DNA of 64,000 nt from Octopus vulgaris (taxonomy: Eukaryota): the NCBI GenBank assembly GCA_951406725.2, contig OX597830.1, forward strand, positions 31,496,001-31,560,000, given 5' to 3'. The notes under the pieces are model-generated. The model did no database searches, was not told where the DNA came from, and worked only from the letters and a program-made list of their open reading frames with translations. Shown here one piece after another: positions 13,493-27,388 of the stretch; the first letter of the stretch is position 1; the number at the start of each line of letters is the position of its first letter. Position numbers and translations under genes: made by a program.

Positions 13493-13659
13493 ATGATGAT
13501 GATGATGATGATGTTGATGATGCAGTTTTTCGTCCTGGAAAAATCTCTTAAAAAACTTACAGTGTTTAAAGAAAACAATATACTGCAGATCTAGGTGAGA
13601 CGAAATCTTCCCCAGAAGTAATCACAGGAGTGACAGATACAGTATTTCACCGTAATTGC

Positions 13660-13970
13660 GGTTTCTCAGTGCTACACATTCATTTCGTGGATGGATTCGG
13701 AGGAAACTTTCAAGGATGTTTGGCCTCGTAATTGGCACAAACTGATTAGATTTTGGGGTCGATCCGGCACCGGACAAGGATTCTAGATTATTTTTCCTTT
13801 CTTTTTTTTTTTTTTTTTTACTTAATTTTTGAGAGCGGTCGGGTTCATTTTTAGTATTCTCGTTTGTGAGGGCGGTCGAATTTATTTCAGATATTCTCAT
13901 TTTAAGAATCATCTCTGGCCAATCGTTAAGAGGACGTTGGTGTTGCCTTGGCGGATGTTTGCGCTCTTGT
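13660..13970 (+). mobile_element. Probable Helentron/DINE-like non-autonomous element
   Basis: Contains gattagattttggggtcgatccgg and ends ttggcggatgtttgcgctct, resembling the 3' stem-loop end of DINE/HINE elements. Recognition only. Confidence 0.45.
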
Positions 13971-14422
13971 TATTTTTTAATAATAAATGCAAGTTCTGTT
14001 AACAACCGCTTTGCAATATTGCTGTCTTCTTTAAATTTTACGTTATCAAGTGTTGCATACTTTCCCGGAGTTTGCTAAGAAAGTTTCGTTGCTTGGCATA
14101 CCTACAGATATGTGCCCCCCCCCCCACCAAATTTGTTACCTCATAATTTCCTGAAAAATTTATATTTTATATGAAATTTTCTACAAATATGCTTCGGGTG
14201 GTATAGATACCGATTATGTCGGAATATGTGGTGTGAAGATTTCTCCGTCGATGGGGAGAGGAGTTTCAGTAAATTCACACGAGTTGCCTTAGTTTCCATA
14301 TAGTTTTCATTGCTTTAGCATGAGTAATATAAAGATTACATTGTTATCAAATAACTACATAACGGTTTGCTTTGCTTCAGTTTGATTCTGTATGTAACTA
14401 TATTCGAGTATATAACTGCATG

Positions 14423-14640
14423 AGGCGGCGAGCTGGCAGATTCGTTAGCACGCCGGGCGAAATGCTTAGCGATATTTCGTCTGACTTAATGTTCTGCGTT
14501 CAAATGCCGCCAGGGTCGACTTTGCTTGTCATATTTCGGGGTCGATAAATTAAGTACCAGTTATGCACTAGAGTTGATGTAATCGACTGGTACCCTCCCC
14601 CAAAATTTCAGGCTTTCTTCCTACATTAGAAAGGATTATA
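14423..14640 (+). mobile_element. SINE family B with (ATT)-type tail
   Basis: Family-B head and body, then ccctcccccaaaatttcaggc...agaaaggatta. Confidence 0.85.
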
Positions 14641-15110
14641 TAACTGCATGTTATATGTAAATAAACAATACACTTCTTTCGTTCAGTTTGCATCAAAAGC
14701 GTGACAATAATATGAATGACATGAATTTAATTTTTCCCTACACATAAATGTAGATACGTAGATAAGATAACGGTATTTACGATGATGTATTTAGTAATGA
14801 ATACTAACTTCATTAGAAATACATCGATGTGTGTGTGTGTGTTAAAATTTATTAGCAATATTTTGGCAGTAATTTTTCATTGCTTTATAAATGCACCTTC
14901 TTTTAATATAATTGCATTTGATCCTTTCCTCTACTGACGTTCGAGCTTCCTTAGTGTTGCATGTCTTGCCAGCATTCTTCGCATATGCATGCTGTAATGT
15001 ATATACACTACAGGAATATATAATGCAATGATATTAAATCAATATAACGCATGCTATCTTAAAGATAGCGTTTCCATAATAGCATATACATACATATATA
15101 TACAATATTC

Positions 15111-15440
15111 AGGCTCAGTGGTTAGAGCGTCGAGCTTACGATCGTGAGGTTGTGAGCTCGAATCCCGGACCGGGCTGCGTGTTGTGTTCTTGAGCAAGGC
15201 ACTTTATTTCACGTTGCTCCAGTTCACTCAGCTGTAGAAATGAGTTGCGACGTCACTGGTGCCAAGCTGTATCGACCTTTGTCTTTCCCTTGGATAACAC
15301 TGGTGGCGTGGAGAGGGGAGGCTGGTATGTATGGGCGACTGCTGGTCTTCCATAAACAACCTTGCCCGGACTTGTGTCTAGGAGGGTAACTTTCTAGGTG
15401 CAATCCCATGGTCATTCATGACCGAAGGGGGTCTTTACCC
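15111..15440 (+). mobile_element. tRNA-head SINE with CORE-like box
   Basis: ggctcagtggttagagcg...ctcgaatccc head, gtgttcttgagcaaggcacttta box, tail gaagggggtctttaccc. Second copy at 44186-44512. Confidence 0.85.
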
Positions 15441-15851
15441 ATACATGCAAAAGCACATACACACATATATACTTGTATATATGTTTGGAACTTCAAGAGA
15501 ACTGAAGTAAATTGTTTTTTACTGCTAAAATCGAAGTAGATGAAGTTATGAATAAGAAAGATAGCTTGTAGAATATTAGGTTAAAAAACTTAAATTGGGT
15601 TGGGCACACATTCATTCATGGACACTGTTTTTTATCACGTTGATTAATTCATGCCCTTAATGGTACTTGGACTTTTGAGCTGTTCCCAAGTGAGCTAATG
15701 GATCACTCACGTTCATTATACTGCTCTTGGCAATTTAGCACTGCAAGTTACTTGATCACCTTGCACATGCTTTACAGCTAGTCAGACTGAGCTAGCAAAC
15801 CAATTTTAAGAATTGTTGAGTGTGTCAAGTCTAGTTATACATTGAGAAGTA

Positions 15852-16234
15852 GCTGCTGCTGTTGCTGTTGAGCGAAGCAGTCTTCGTCCCAGAGCTCGCA
15901 AGATCGCGCCTCTGTAGTGGGAGAAGTCCGAAACGTGGTCCTTTGCTATTCGTAAAACTCACAGAAGAGAAAGCAGGTATTGACGGATGGATGAATGCGC
16001 ATCCAGGCTCAGCGGTTGTGTAGGAAGTCGGGGACAAGAAACAGGAAGAAAGAGAGAGAGAAAGTTGGGGCGAAAGAGTACAACAGGGGTCGCCACCCCA
16101 CCCCCCTGCCGGAGTCTCGTGGAGCTTTAGGTGTTTTCGCTCAATAAACACACACAATGCCCAGTCTGGGAATCGAAACCGCGATCCTCCGACCGCGAGT
16201 TCGCTACCCTAACCATTGGGCCATTGAGCCTCCA
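15852..16234 (-). mobile_element. SINE family C with alternative 3' half ending in (CAA/CAG)n
   Basis: Same head as 55857(+) but a different tail. Confidence 0.8.
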
Positions 16235-16845
16235 CTCAGAAGTAGCTGCTGTAGCAGGTGTATCAAAAGGAATAACAAATGTGATATTAGTAGTAACTCA
16301 GAGAGTAACAGAGACGTGTCACAACCGATGCAATATTCGGTTGCTCTACCAATCCAGTTCTAACTCAATACAAACCTACCCAATCAGGTCATTTTACTTT
16401 CCTGACAACCACAACTGAGGATTCAATGGTCAAGCTGACCTGTTATTTGTCCTAGGGACTGAACTCGGACACAGTTATAAAAAAAAAGGAACACCAGAGA
16501 ACCCACAAACAAAACATTATAATGGATCTGACTGATCTGAGATCTATTAATCAGTCACAACGATGTGATTGGTATGTGACGACATCACTCAGAATCATGA
16601 GGCAACCAGGGACATTTTGAATAATCTACATCGAACGTGATTACAATTGTTTTTGATCGTTTTTAATGATATTTTTCATTCCTTTTTTTTTCCTTGTGTA
16701 CTAGTTCCTTTTACACTCACACACACACATACACATACACACACACATACACACATACACACTCATAATATAATATGTATGTAAATGTATGTGTGTATCT
16801 GTATGGGTGTGTATTTGTGTATGTAGCACATGCATATGTATGGGT

Positions 16846-16957
<112 letters not shown>

Positions 16958-17082
16958 CTATATATATGTATGCTACACATATATATATATAAATATATAC
17001 ATATGTATCTATATCTATATTTATATCTAGATCTATATCTATATATATATGTATATATATATATGTGTATATATCTATATCT

Positions 17083-17135
<53 letters not shown>

Positions 17136-17724
17136 CATACAGATACCAACGTTTCAGTAGTCACTTGCACACAATCACACAGACACACAACCCTTTATCA
17201 TGACAAGAAAACATTTTTTCCCCCTCTGGCGTACTAAATGGACTTGTTAGCATTCGTAGTTTTTACTTGTGATCTTATAACCAGCATTTCTCTGTGATTG
17301 GTTTACCAATAACAACAAGAGAAAGAGAAAGGGAGAGAGAGAGAGAGAGGGAGAGCAAAGAGGAGAAAGACTGAGAGACAGACAGAGTCTATATTTATGA
17401 TAATAATAGTAATGATAACGTCACTATAGAAATAAGAGCAATTTTGAGTTAAAGAAAACAAATAAACGAATGATTTTAGAGGTGATGATGACGATGATAA
17501 TGATGATGATGATGATGATGATGACGACAATGACGATGATGATAATGATGGTGGTGGTCTTGGTCTTGGTGGTATTGGTTGTGATGACAGTATTGAAAGT
17601 GCTTGTGGTGGACTGAGGGCATGGTGGAGAGGGTAGCAAAGTGAGCTGTCATCGTTGCAGTGTGGCCGTGGCGCAAGTGTTTAAGAAAGCCATATTTGGT
17701 TGAGTCAAGCAGCTATATTCAAAC

Positions 17725-17858
17725 ATTTAATCGACCCCAAGAGGATGAAGGGGGTAAAGTCGACCTCGGCGGAATTTGAACTCAGAACGTACAGACAGAA
17801 GAAATGCCGTGAAGTATTTCACCCGGTGTGCTAACGAGTCTCTCAGCTCGCCGCCTTG

Positions 17859-17928
<70 letters not shown>

Positions 17929-18146
17929 TAATAATCCTTTCTACTGGAGGCACAAGGCCTCAAGTTTGTGGGGTGGGGACTAGTCGATTATATCGACCCC
18001 AGTGTTTCGCTGGTACTTAATTTATTGGCCCTGAAAGGATGGAAAACAAAGTCAATCTCAGCGGAATTTGAACTCAGAATGTACGGACAGATGAAATGCC
18101 ATGAAGTATTTTGCCCAATGTGCCAATGATTCTGTCAGCTCACCAG

Positions 18147-18208
<62 letters not shown>

Positions 18209-18290
18209 GGGTTTCAAATTTTGGTACAAGGCTAGCAACTGGTGCTTATTCTATTGCCTCCAAGGGATTGAAAGGTGAAGTCAATCACTC
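17725..18290 (-). mobile_element. Two to three family-B SINEs separated by (AAT)n tracts
   Basis: Copies at about 17725-17857, 17933-18146 and a degenerate one at 18210-18290. Confidence 0.8.
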
Positions 18291-19099
18291 AGAGGGTACT
18301 CGCCATACAAAGGGAGTGACCCTGAAGACAGCCAAGAGTCAGGCAGAGAAAGGTCATCTATGGCCTGTGCTCTATAAGGAGCAAATGGCTTAAGTAAAAT
18401 AGTGTGTTACATGATAAAGGGACTTTGTTTTATGAGGACCATCAGTTGCCCATACATGCATCTTTTATGTCTCCTTGTTAATAATGTTGTCTAAGAAAAT
18501 AGAAAGGTCGGATTGAGCTTAGCACTGGCATTGTCACGGGAGCCGCTGTCAGGTTGCAGAAACCTGCTGTTCAAATAGGTGTGACAAGACCCTAACAAAA
18601 TTTGCCATTTCCTGCTGAACCCATTCTCTGATTGGCTCAGGAAAGATGTAAAAGCTGAGGTTAATGATAGTAAAATTTTGAAGTCAGATTGCACCGGATT
18701 TGCAACAAATACCACAAGGTATCTTATCAAAAAGCTCTAACAACATTGCTAATTTGTCACTCTGAATACCTCACACACACATAAAACACATACCTGCATA
18801 CGTATGTATACTTATTCATTAATTAATTAACCTAATTATTTACACCCCTTCCACACATTGCCACCCACCTTTGTTTTGCTGGTTTTATTCCATTGTTTTT
18901 TTTTCTATTTTTACTCTATATTTATTTATTTTTACTTGTATTTTATTTATTTAATCATTTATTTTTGTATTAATTTATTTATTGTTTTCCTTTTTGTCTG
19001 TATAATGTATGCAGTACACACTCTTTCTCTCCCACTCTCCCTCTGTAACCCCCCCCACACACACACACAGATGTAAATCAGTCTGTGTGGGTGTACAAA

Positions 19100-19613
<514 letters not shown>

Positions 19614-20195
19614 CTGTGTTTTCTACTCTGTACCCTATTGATCCAGTACTTTATACCTAATCTACATTGAGTCCATTGGTTTTTGTTTGTTTGTTTTAAT
19701 TACATAATTAACATTATCATCCCCATCACCACCAACATCCCTACTGTAATTATCACTATAATTACACAGCTACCATACTCTTCCTCTTCTTCTTCCTCCT
19801 TTTCCTTCACTGTCTCCTCTTCATTACCATCATCATTTTCGTCATCTTCATTTTAAGCATAAATTACTACTGGCATCTTCACCAACATATCCATCAATAA
19901 CTATCATCATCATCATCATCATCACCATCATCACTGGCGGTAGTAGCAGCATCATCATTGTCGTTGCTGTCGTCACTATCATCATCGTTATTTTCATCAT
20001 CATCATCATTTCTCATCATTGTCATCATCATCTTCATCATCATCGTCATCACCGTCATCGACATTATCATCATCATCATCATCATCATCACTATAATCAT
20101 CATCATTTTTATCATCATCTAATCAACAAACCCCCTCCCCCAAAATTTCAGGCTTTGTTCCTATAATAGAAAGAATTACCATTATCATTATTATT

Positions 20196-20751
20196 GAGTG
20201 AGAGAGCAGTTCATGCCATCAAAGTGACACTGGGGTAAAATATACGAAGCCCAATATACCCATCATGACTACCCGTCTGATAAGGGCACACCAGGCACAT
20301 GCATCACAACCATATGTGCGCGGCATGGTGATCTCATATCAAGATAAACTGCACATGACCTTGCAGGTGGGGCCCAGTTAGAATTTTCTTCAGGTTGAGT
20401 AGCCCATCCCGCTCAAACGGTCCCTGAATAAGGGTTGTTTAAGGATGTTGAAAAACCCACCCATGTCTCCAGAGGTGAATTATTCAAACCCCAAAGAATC
20501 CCTCTCAACACATGGCTATGATGCTCCTCCACTACTTCTGCTCGTGATCAGAGATGCACATATCGTCAGCCACTAAGGGACATGCTCAACTGGTTAAGGT
20601 CAAACAACTGACAAGCAAATCTGTGGTATTGAGCAGAATATTTGCTGTAGCCCATCTTTTATACCAAGACAGAACAATGTACATGATAACACTTCCAATC
20701 AGTTAAGATCAGAAGCCATGAGAGCCTCTGCCTGGTACTGCATCAGGGCAT
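20196..20751. mobile_element. Unclassified ~555-bp non-coding insert bounded by (ATT)n on both sides
   Basis: Complex-sequence block with sharp edges inside an (ATT)n tract and no ORF. Repeat status cannot be shown from this window alone. Confidence 0.45.
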
Positions 20752-20824
<73 letters not shown>

Positions 20825-20826
<2 letters not shown>

Positions 20827-21590
20827 TATGTTTGACTTTTGCTTTATGTTTGTACAAGTTGGCTCCAAGTCTCACCCAGAGACCTCAAGAGACAACAGGT
20901 TGGAAGTTCACGTTGTTGTTATGCCTAGTGTGCCATATATTTGGTTTTTTTTTTTTTTTGGTGTTGTACTAGTGAATGTCTAATAAATAAAATTTTAAAA
21001 AAAATTTGTTTTAAACCTTGAGATTACATAGAGAGTATTTTGCGTAGGATATGAGCAGTTCCCATGAGCACTATCTTTTGAATTTCTGTCATTTTGAGGT
21101 TTCCTGGTATCTGAGTTAGGTAGCAATCAGCCCCTTTCGCTATCATTCCCAGGGCACCTATGACAACAGGTATTGTTTTAGTCTTCAGGTTCCACATTTT
21201 GCTGATTTCTATTTCAAGATCTTTATATTTGCTCAGTTTTTGGTAGGTCTTGATATATACGTTTATATCGATTGGGACAGTCATATCAATGAGGAAGCAT
21301 GTTCTTTGTCTGAAGTCTTTCAATATGATGTCTGGCCTGTTTGCATCTATCTTTCTGTCAGTTTGAATGGTGAAGTTCTAGAAGAGTGAGATGTGGTCAT
21401 TTTCAAGCACTGGAGGTGGATTTTGTTCCCACCAGTTTTTTTCATGGGGCAAATCCAGGTTTTTGCAAATTACCCAGTGAATATATTGTGCAGTTCTATC
21501 ATGCCTGTTGAGGTACTCTGTAGGCGCTAGAAGATTGCACTTGGAGACAACATGATCAATGGTTTCATTTTGTTGTCGACATACACGACA
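20825..21590 (-). mobile_element. 5'-truncated R4/Dong-clade LINE (CCHC knuckle plus restriction-like endonuclease) inserted in (TAA)n
   Basis: From 21590: CRVCRQQNETIDHVVSKC (C-X2-C-X8-H-X4-C), YLNRHD, one stop, NRPDII...LIDMTVP...KLSKYKDL...PVVIGALG...RKILSM* at 21024. Flanked by pure (AAT)n on both sides, the known Dong target. Confidence 0.92.
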
Positions 21591-21659
<69 letters not shown>

Positions 21660-21849
21660 GGTAGCAAGCTGGCAGAATCATTAGCACACCAGCATTTTGT
21701 CCGTCTTTATGTTCTGGGTTCAAATTCCACGAAGGTTGACTTTGCCTTTTATCCTTTCAGGGTTAATTAATTAAGTACCAGTGAAACACCAGGGTCGATG
21801 AAATTGACTAGTCTCCTCCACCAAAATGTCAGGCCTTGTGCCTAGGATC

Positions 21850-22400
21850 ATCATCATCATTTAACATCGTGTTCCATGTTAGCATGGGCAGGACAGTACA
21901 ACAAGAGCCAACAAGGCCAAAGCCTGCACCAGACTTCTGTGACTGATTTGGCAGGAATTTTACAGCTGGATGCCCCTCCTAACACCAACCACTCAGCAGA
22001 GTGGACTTAGTGCTCTTTACGTGGCATAAGCACAGATGGGGTCAATTTTGGCAAGGTTTTTACAGCTGAATGCCCTTCAGAATGCTGACCACTTTACAGT
22101 GGGGACTGGGTGCTTTTAAGTGACACCTGCACTGACAGGGTCACCAAGTGCTTGCAAGACAAAAACTTTTAAGAGGAGAGGAGGCATTGGAGGAGGTGAT
22201 GATGAAAAGGTTATAAGTGAGAGAGATACAGGTGTCTTGATGTAGAGGAAATACAAGGTTACCTGGCTGGGGAGATAAAGATCAGGAATGAAGACAGAAA
22301 CAGGGGTGTTACCACAAAGAAAACACACGGTTGCCCAACCCAAGGAAAGTGCAGAACAAAGAGAAAGAGAGTGTAGGAGACCACAGAATGGAGATGGTGG
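21850..22400 (-). mobile_element. Old RTE-related 3'UTR-type repeat (long form of family D)
   Basis: (TGA)n tail and gctggatgccc..cctaac box. The internal part is shared with 34500-34860 and 44030-44770. Confidence 0.65.
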
Positions 22401-22426
22401 CAAAATGCCAGACTTTTGTTATTAAA

Positions 22427-23070
22427 GGCAACGAGCTGACCAAATCATAAGCACAGCGGTCGAAATGCTTGGCGGTATTTCGTCTGCCACTACGTTCTGA
22501 GTTCAAATTCCGCCGAGGTCAATTTTGCCTTTCATCCATTCGGGGTCGATTGAATAAGAATCAGTTGCGCACAGGGGTCGATATAATTCACTTAATCCGT
22601 TTTTCTGTCCTTGTTTGTCCTCTCTGTGTTTAGCCCCTTGTGGGTAGTAAAGAAACAGGTATTTTGTCTACTGCTACATTGTGAGTTCAAATTCTGCTGA
22701 GGTCGATTTTCATCATGTCGGGGGTCGATTAACACTAAGTACCAGTTACACACTGGGATTGATGTAATCAAAATCCAACACCCACCCACCCTCTGCCCCG
22801 CAAATTTCAGGACTTTGTACCTATAATAGAAAGGATTATTATTATCATTAAGGACATAAGCTGGCAGAATCATGAGCTTACGGAGCAAAATGCTTAGCAG
22901 TATCCTGTCTATCCTTGCGTTCTGAGATCAAATTCCACTGAGGTCAACTTTGCCTTTCATCCTTTCTGGGGCAATGAAATAAGTACCAGTGAAATACTAG
23001 GCTTAATGTCATCAGCTATCCCCCTCCCCACAAATTCCAGGTTTTGTGCCTTTAGTAGAAATGATTATTA
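22427..23070 (+). mobile_element. Family-B SINE dimer (Tx1-like tail, then ATT-type tail) followed by a third copy and long (ATT)n
   Basis: Junction aaagaaaca|ggtattttgtc near 22657 is at the same position as the trimer junctions at 7085 and 7273. Confidence 0.85.
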
Positions 23071-23089
23071 TAGTCATTATTATTATTAA

Positions 23090-23158
<69 letters not shown>

Positions 23159-23181
23159 CATCATTATTATTATTATTATTA

Positions 23182-23239
<58 letters not shown>

Positions 23240-24595
23240 AGTAATGTTAATAATGACGATGATGCTTCATATCATAATTGTTATTGCTCTTATTGTTGTT
23301 CCTTTTACTGCGGTTCTTTATCAACTTACAGGGAAAAAAAAAGAGTCTACCTGTACTATTCTAGTTGGATGAGATATTTTGCTAGGCCAGCTGCAGAGGC
23401 CTCAGTTTAACAATATCTTTACTTAACTTGGAGCAATAAGAATACAAGAAACAAAGTTTTAATCAATGAGTAAGTACGAAAGAAACGAAGAAAAATAATT
23501 GCAAATTGCCCAACAAAATCACAAACAACAACAACAATAATAATGATGATGATAATAATAATAATAATAACAATAATAATAATAATAATAATAATGATAA
23601 TAATAATAATATTGATAATAATAATAATAGCAACAACAAGAACTGCAAAGAAACAATTTACAGAATTGCTCCCTATATTATAGACTGTTGTCAATATAAT
23701 CTATATTTGTTATCTTCCCTTTGTTCTGCAAGAAAAATCAGGTTTTCCTGTTTAAAAGAACTTACAATTTTACTCTTCTTCCAACTTTGGACAAAAGCGA
23801 AAATACAGCTGTTTTCAAGAACAGAATTTTGGTTTCAAGTAGACATTCATTTCATCAAAGAGTCTGTTCTTGTTTTATTTATTTATTTATCTATTTATTT
23901 ATTTTGGCTACCATTCCTCTGAAATTAAAAGGCAGAATAGATGTCCTTAAATTGAAATAAATTGCACTTTATTATCTTTCATTTTTTCATCTTCTGCTTG
24001 TGTCAATCGCTGGACTACAACCTTGCTGGGGAACCACCTTGAAGAGTTTAGCCAAACAATCTACAGAAGTGCATATATACATGTGTGTATATGACTGTAT
24101 GTATGTACATGTGTGGGGAGATGAACTGCAATTAAACCAGTACAAACATGCAAACCCTAAATATTTCATCTGCTGATTTCCGTATATGAAAAGAGGTTTC
24201 TATCTAGCTTGAAAAGACCTAGATGATACTTATCACTAAGGGGGACAAATTAAGTTGAAACATTGGTGTCTAACAGTGCATTGGTATCATTTGATGCTTG
24301 TTTGTCTTTTTGTACGTAAAGACTTCAGAGTGCAATGGTGATGCAGTGGGCTGAACACAGAACCATATGGTTAGGAAGCAAGCTTTTTACCACACACAAA
24401 CACGCGTGCACGCACACATACACACACACTCACACGCACTCACACAGACTCAAACACATTATAGTTAACAGTAAGAAAGAAAGAAGAGAGAGAAAGATCA
24501 ATTTCTTTATCTGACTAATGAAGGCAGTTCTCTATAAGGCTTTAGATATGTGTATGTTACCAGCCAGTAGATACACACACACACACACACACATA

Positions 24596-24673
<78 letters not shown>

Positions 24674-24898
24674 TACAGGTATAGACATATATATATATAT
24701 ACACATATACCTATAGAGAAGCACTTGCATACACACTTAGAGTAATGATGATATAAAATCTGTTTTAATTGCTGTTCTATATATCTTTGTACATATGTAT
24801 TTCTATGCATTAATCTATAATATATATTTATACAAACATTTCTATATACACACATATATAAATATACATCTATTTCTGCATGTACACACACACATTTA

Positions 24899-24944
<46 letters not shown>

Positions 24945-25519
24945 CATATATACATATGTATCTATGCTTGTATTATTGTATGTATTCATGAATGTATGTA
25001 TATATATATATATATGTAGGTATGTAAGTATGTATGAATGCGTGGGTGCATATATGTGTGTGTATGTGTGTGTTTGTGTGTGTGTGTGTGTAAGTAAGAA
25101 TGTATGTATGCTATTGCAATGAATCGGTTTTGGCAAAATTCCCTGAAATGCCTGATAATTAAAGATTTTCTAGTGATCAGATAAATGTACTCATGATGAA
25201 AGATCTTTTATATATAAAGATCTTTTAACATTTCACTACATTAATGGGTTAGACTGTAAATGGCTTCTACATATTGCTATATTGCTTCACAGTGGTGTGT
25301 GTGTGTGTGTGTGCAGGCTATGTGTATGTACACACACACACACACATATATACATAGGGGCATATATATTCATACATATGTACATAAATACAAACACACA
25401 GACATGTATGTGTGCCTGTGTGCATATATATATCTATATGTGTGTGTGTGTGTATATATGGGTGTGTAGATTTTTGGATAGATATTTATGTATATTTATG
25501 TACAATTATATTTATGTCT

Positions 25520-25525
25520 ACCCAT

Positions 25526-25600
<75 letters not shown>

Positions 25601-25614
25601 ATTTATCTGTCTTC

Positions 25615-25681
<67 letters not shown>

Positions 25682-25771
25682 ATTTATCTGTCTTCCTATT
25701 ATCTGTCTTCCTATCTATCTATCTATCTATATATCTATCTATCTATCTATCTATCTAATTTATCTGTCTTC

Positions 25772-25825
<54 letters not shown>

Positions 25826-25826
25826 G
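25520..25826. repeat. (TATC)n array with recurring variant block TAATTTATCTGTCTTCC about every 80 bp
   Basis: Block at about 25599, 25680, 25756 and again at about 26545 beyond the LINE. Confidence 0.9.
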
Positions 25827-26527
25827 TCATGTGTGGGACGAGTCGGTTTATCAGCTGAGTCTATCGTCAATATTGTCACGCCTCCTTCCTTCAAACGGGA
25901 AGGAAGAGCTATTTTCATCATCCTTGTGGCTATGGCGAAAGAATGTATCTGGTGGACGCGTCTGAAAGGATTGGAGACAAACACTTTCCTCTCTGGTCAA
26001 TCTCTCATCAACTTCTTCAAGTACCACTTGAAAAGGAAAGTGAGAGTAGAGAGGCAAGTTTTGTCTAGCGAATGTTTTAAAAAAAGATGGGTGAATGTAG
26101 CAAGAATGGCACGTATGAATGACGAAGCCACCTTGAGCATAGTCCTATGAACCCAGAAATCGAAAACAGAGAGTTGCTTATTTGCAAAAAAAAAAAAAAA
26201 AAAAAATATAAAATGTGACTTCATTGACCGAGGTTACCGTGGTCTTTTCCGTAGGCTCTTCTTTCCACGGGTAAACCTCACCTGTCCTCCCCTTTACACT
26301 TCATATTGACATTTCTGTGATAACGATCCCTATTGATCAATTTTTTTTCCTCTCCCCCTTTTTTTTTTAACCCCCTTTTTTTTGTCCTCTTTCTCTCCTT
26401 TTACGATCCCTTTTGATCGAAACTCCCCCTTCCTTTTTTTTTTTTTTTTTTTTAAACCTTCAAAAGAAAAGCTCTACCTTGTAATTTGTTCTATCTGTGT
26501 GCAGCCCTGTGTGGCTAATAAAGAAAC
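25827..26527 (+). mobile_element. 5'-truncated Tx1 (L1-group) LINE inserted in (TATC)n
   Basis: ...AMAKECIWWTRLK...FKKRW... fits the L1/Tx1 ORF2 C-terminus (K..IW..R; F..RW), stop at 26150. T-rich 3'UTR ends in AATAAAGAAA directly into (TATC)n. Confidence 0.8.
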
Positions 26528-26560
26528 ATATCTATCTATCTATCTAATTTATCTGTCTTC

Positions 26561-26606
<46 letters not shown>

Positions 26607-26696
26607 CTCTATCTATCTATCTATCAGTCTGTTTGTCTGTCTGTCTGTCTGTCTATTTATCTGTGTGCATGTATTTAATGTTTTTATGAATATTTG

Positions 26697-27083
26697 TGTG
26701 GTAAGAGGTTTGCTTCCCAGCCACATGGTTCCAGGTTCAGTCCCACTGCATGGCATGGCACTTTGGCCAAGTGCCTTCTACTTTAACCTCAGGCCAACCA
26801 AAGCCTTGTGAGTGGATAAGTTAAAGAGAAACTGAAAGAAGCCCACCGTTTGTATGTACATATCTATGTGTTTGTATTTGTCCCCCATCCCACCACTTGA
26901 CAACTGGTTTTGGAATGTCTACATGCCTATAACTTAGTGGTTCAGCAAAAATGAGCAATAAGGTAAGCATTAGGCTTTAAAAAAAATAAGTCATACGGTC
27001 GATTTGTTCAATTAAAGAACCCTTGAAGGTGGTGCTCCAGCATGGTCAGTCAAATGACTGAAACTAGTAAATGAATAAAAGAA
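26697..27083 (+). mobile_element. SINE family A (diverged)
   Basis: Family-A head, body and tail. Confidence 0.85.
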
Positions 27084-27340
27084 TATATATAGGCTCAGGC
27101 ACAGCTGTGTGGTAAGAGGCCTGCTTCCCAATGACATGGCTCTAGGATCAGTCCCACTGCATGGTACTTTGGGCAAGTGTCTTCTACTATAGCCTCAAAC
27201 CAACCAGAGCCTTGTGAGTAGATTTGGTAGACAGAAACCGGAAGAAGCCCACCGTATTTATATATATATATAAATTTTTTTCTGTAATGAGATTAAAAAA
27301 ACCAACGCAGTGTAGATTTTAGAACAATTATATATAGAAG

Positions 27341-27388
27341 GTCTTGCAGCTGTTTCTAGGATATTTATTATATCCCTTCATTGGAGAC
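27341..27388 (-). ncRNA. Degenerate mirror copy of the hammerhead motif
   Basis: GTCT-CCAATGA-AGGGATATAATAAATATCCTA-GAAA-CAGCTG-CA-AGAC. Core and cleavage triplet are mutated. Confidence 0.6.
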
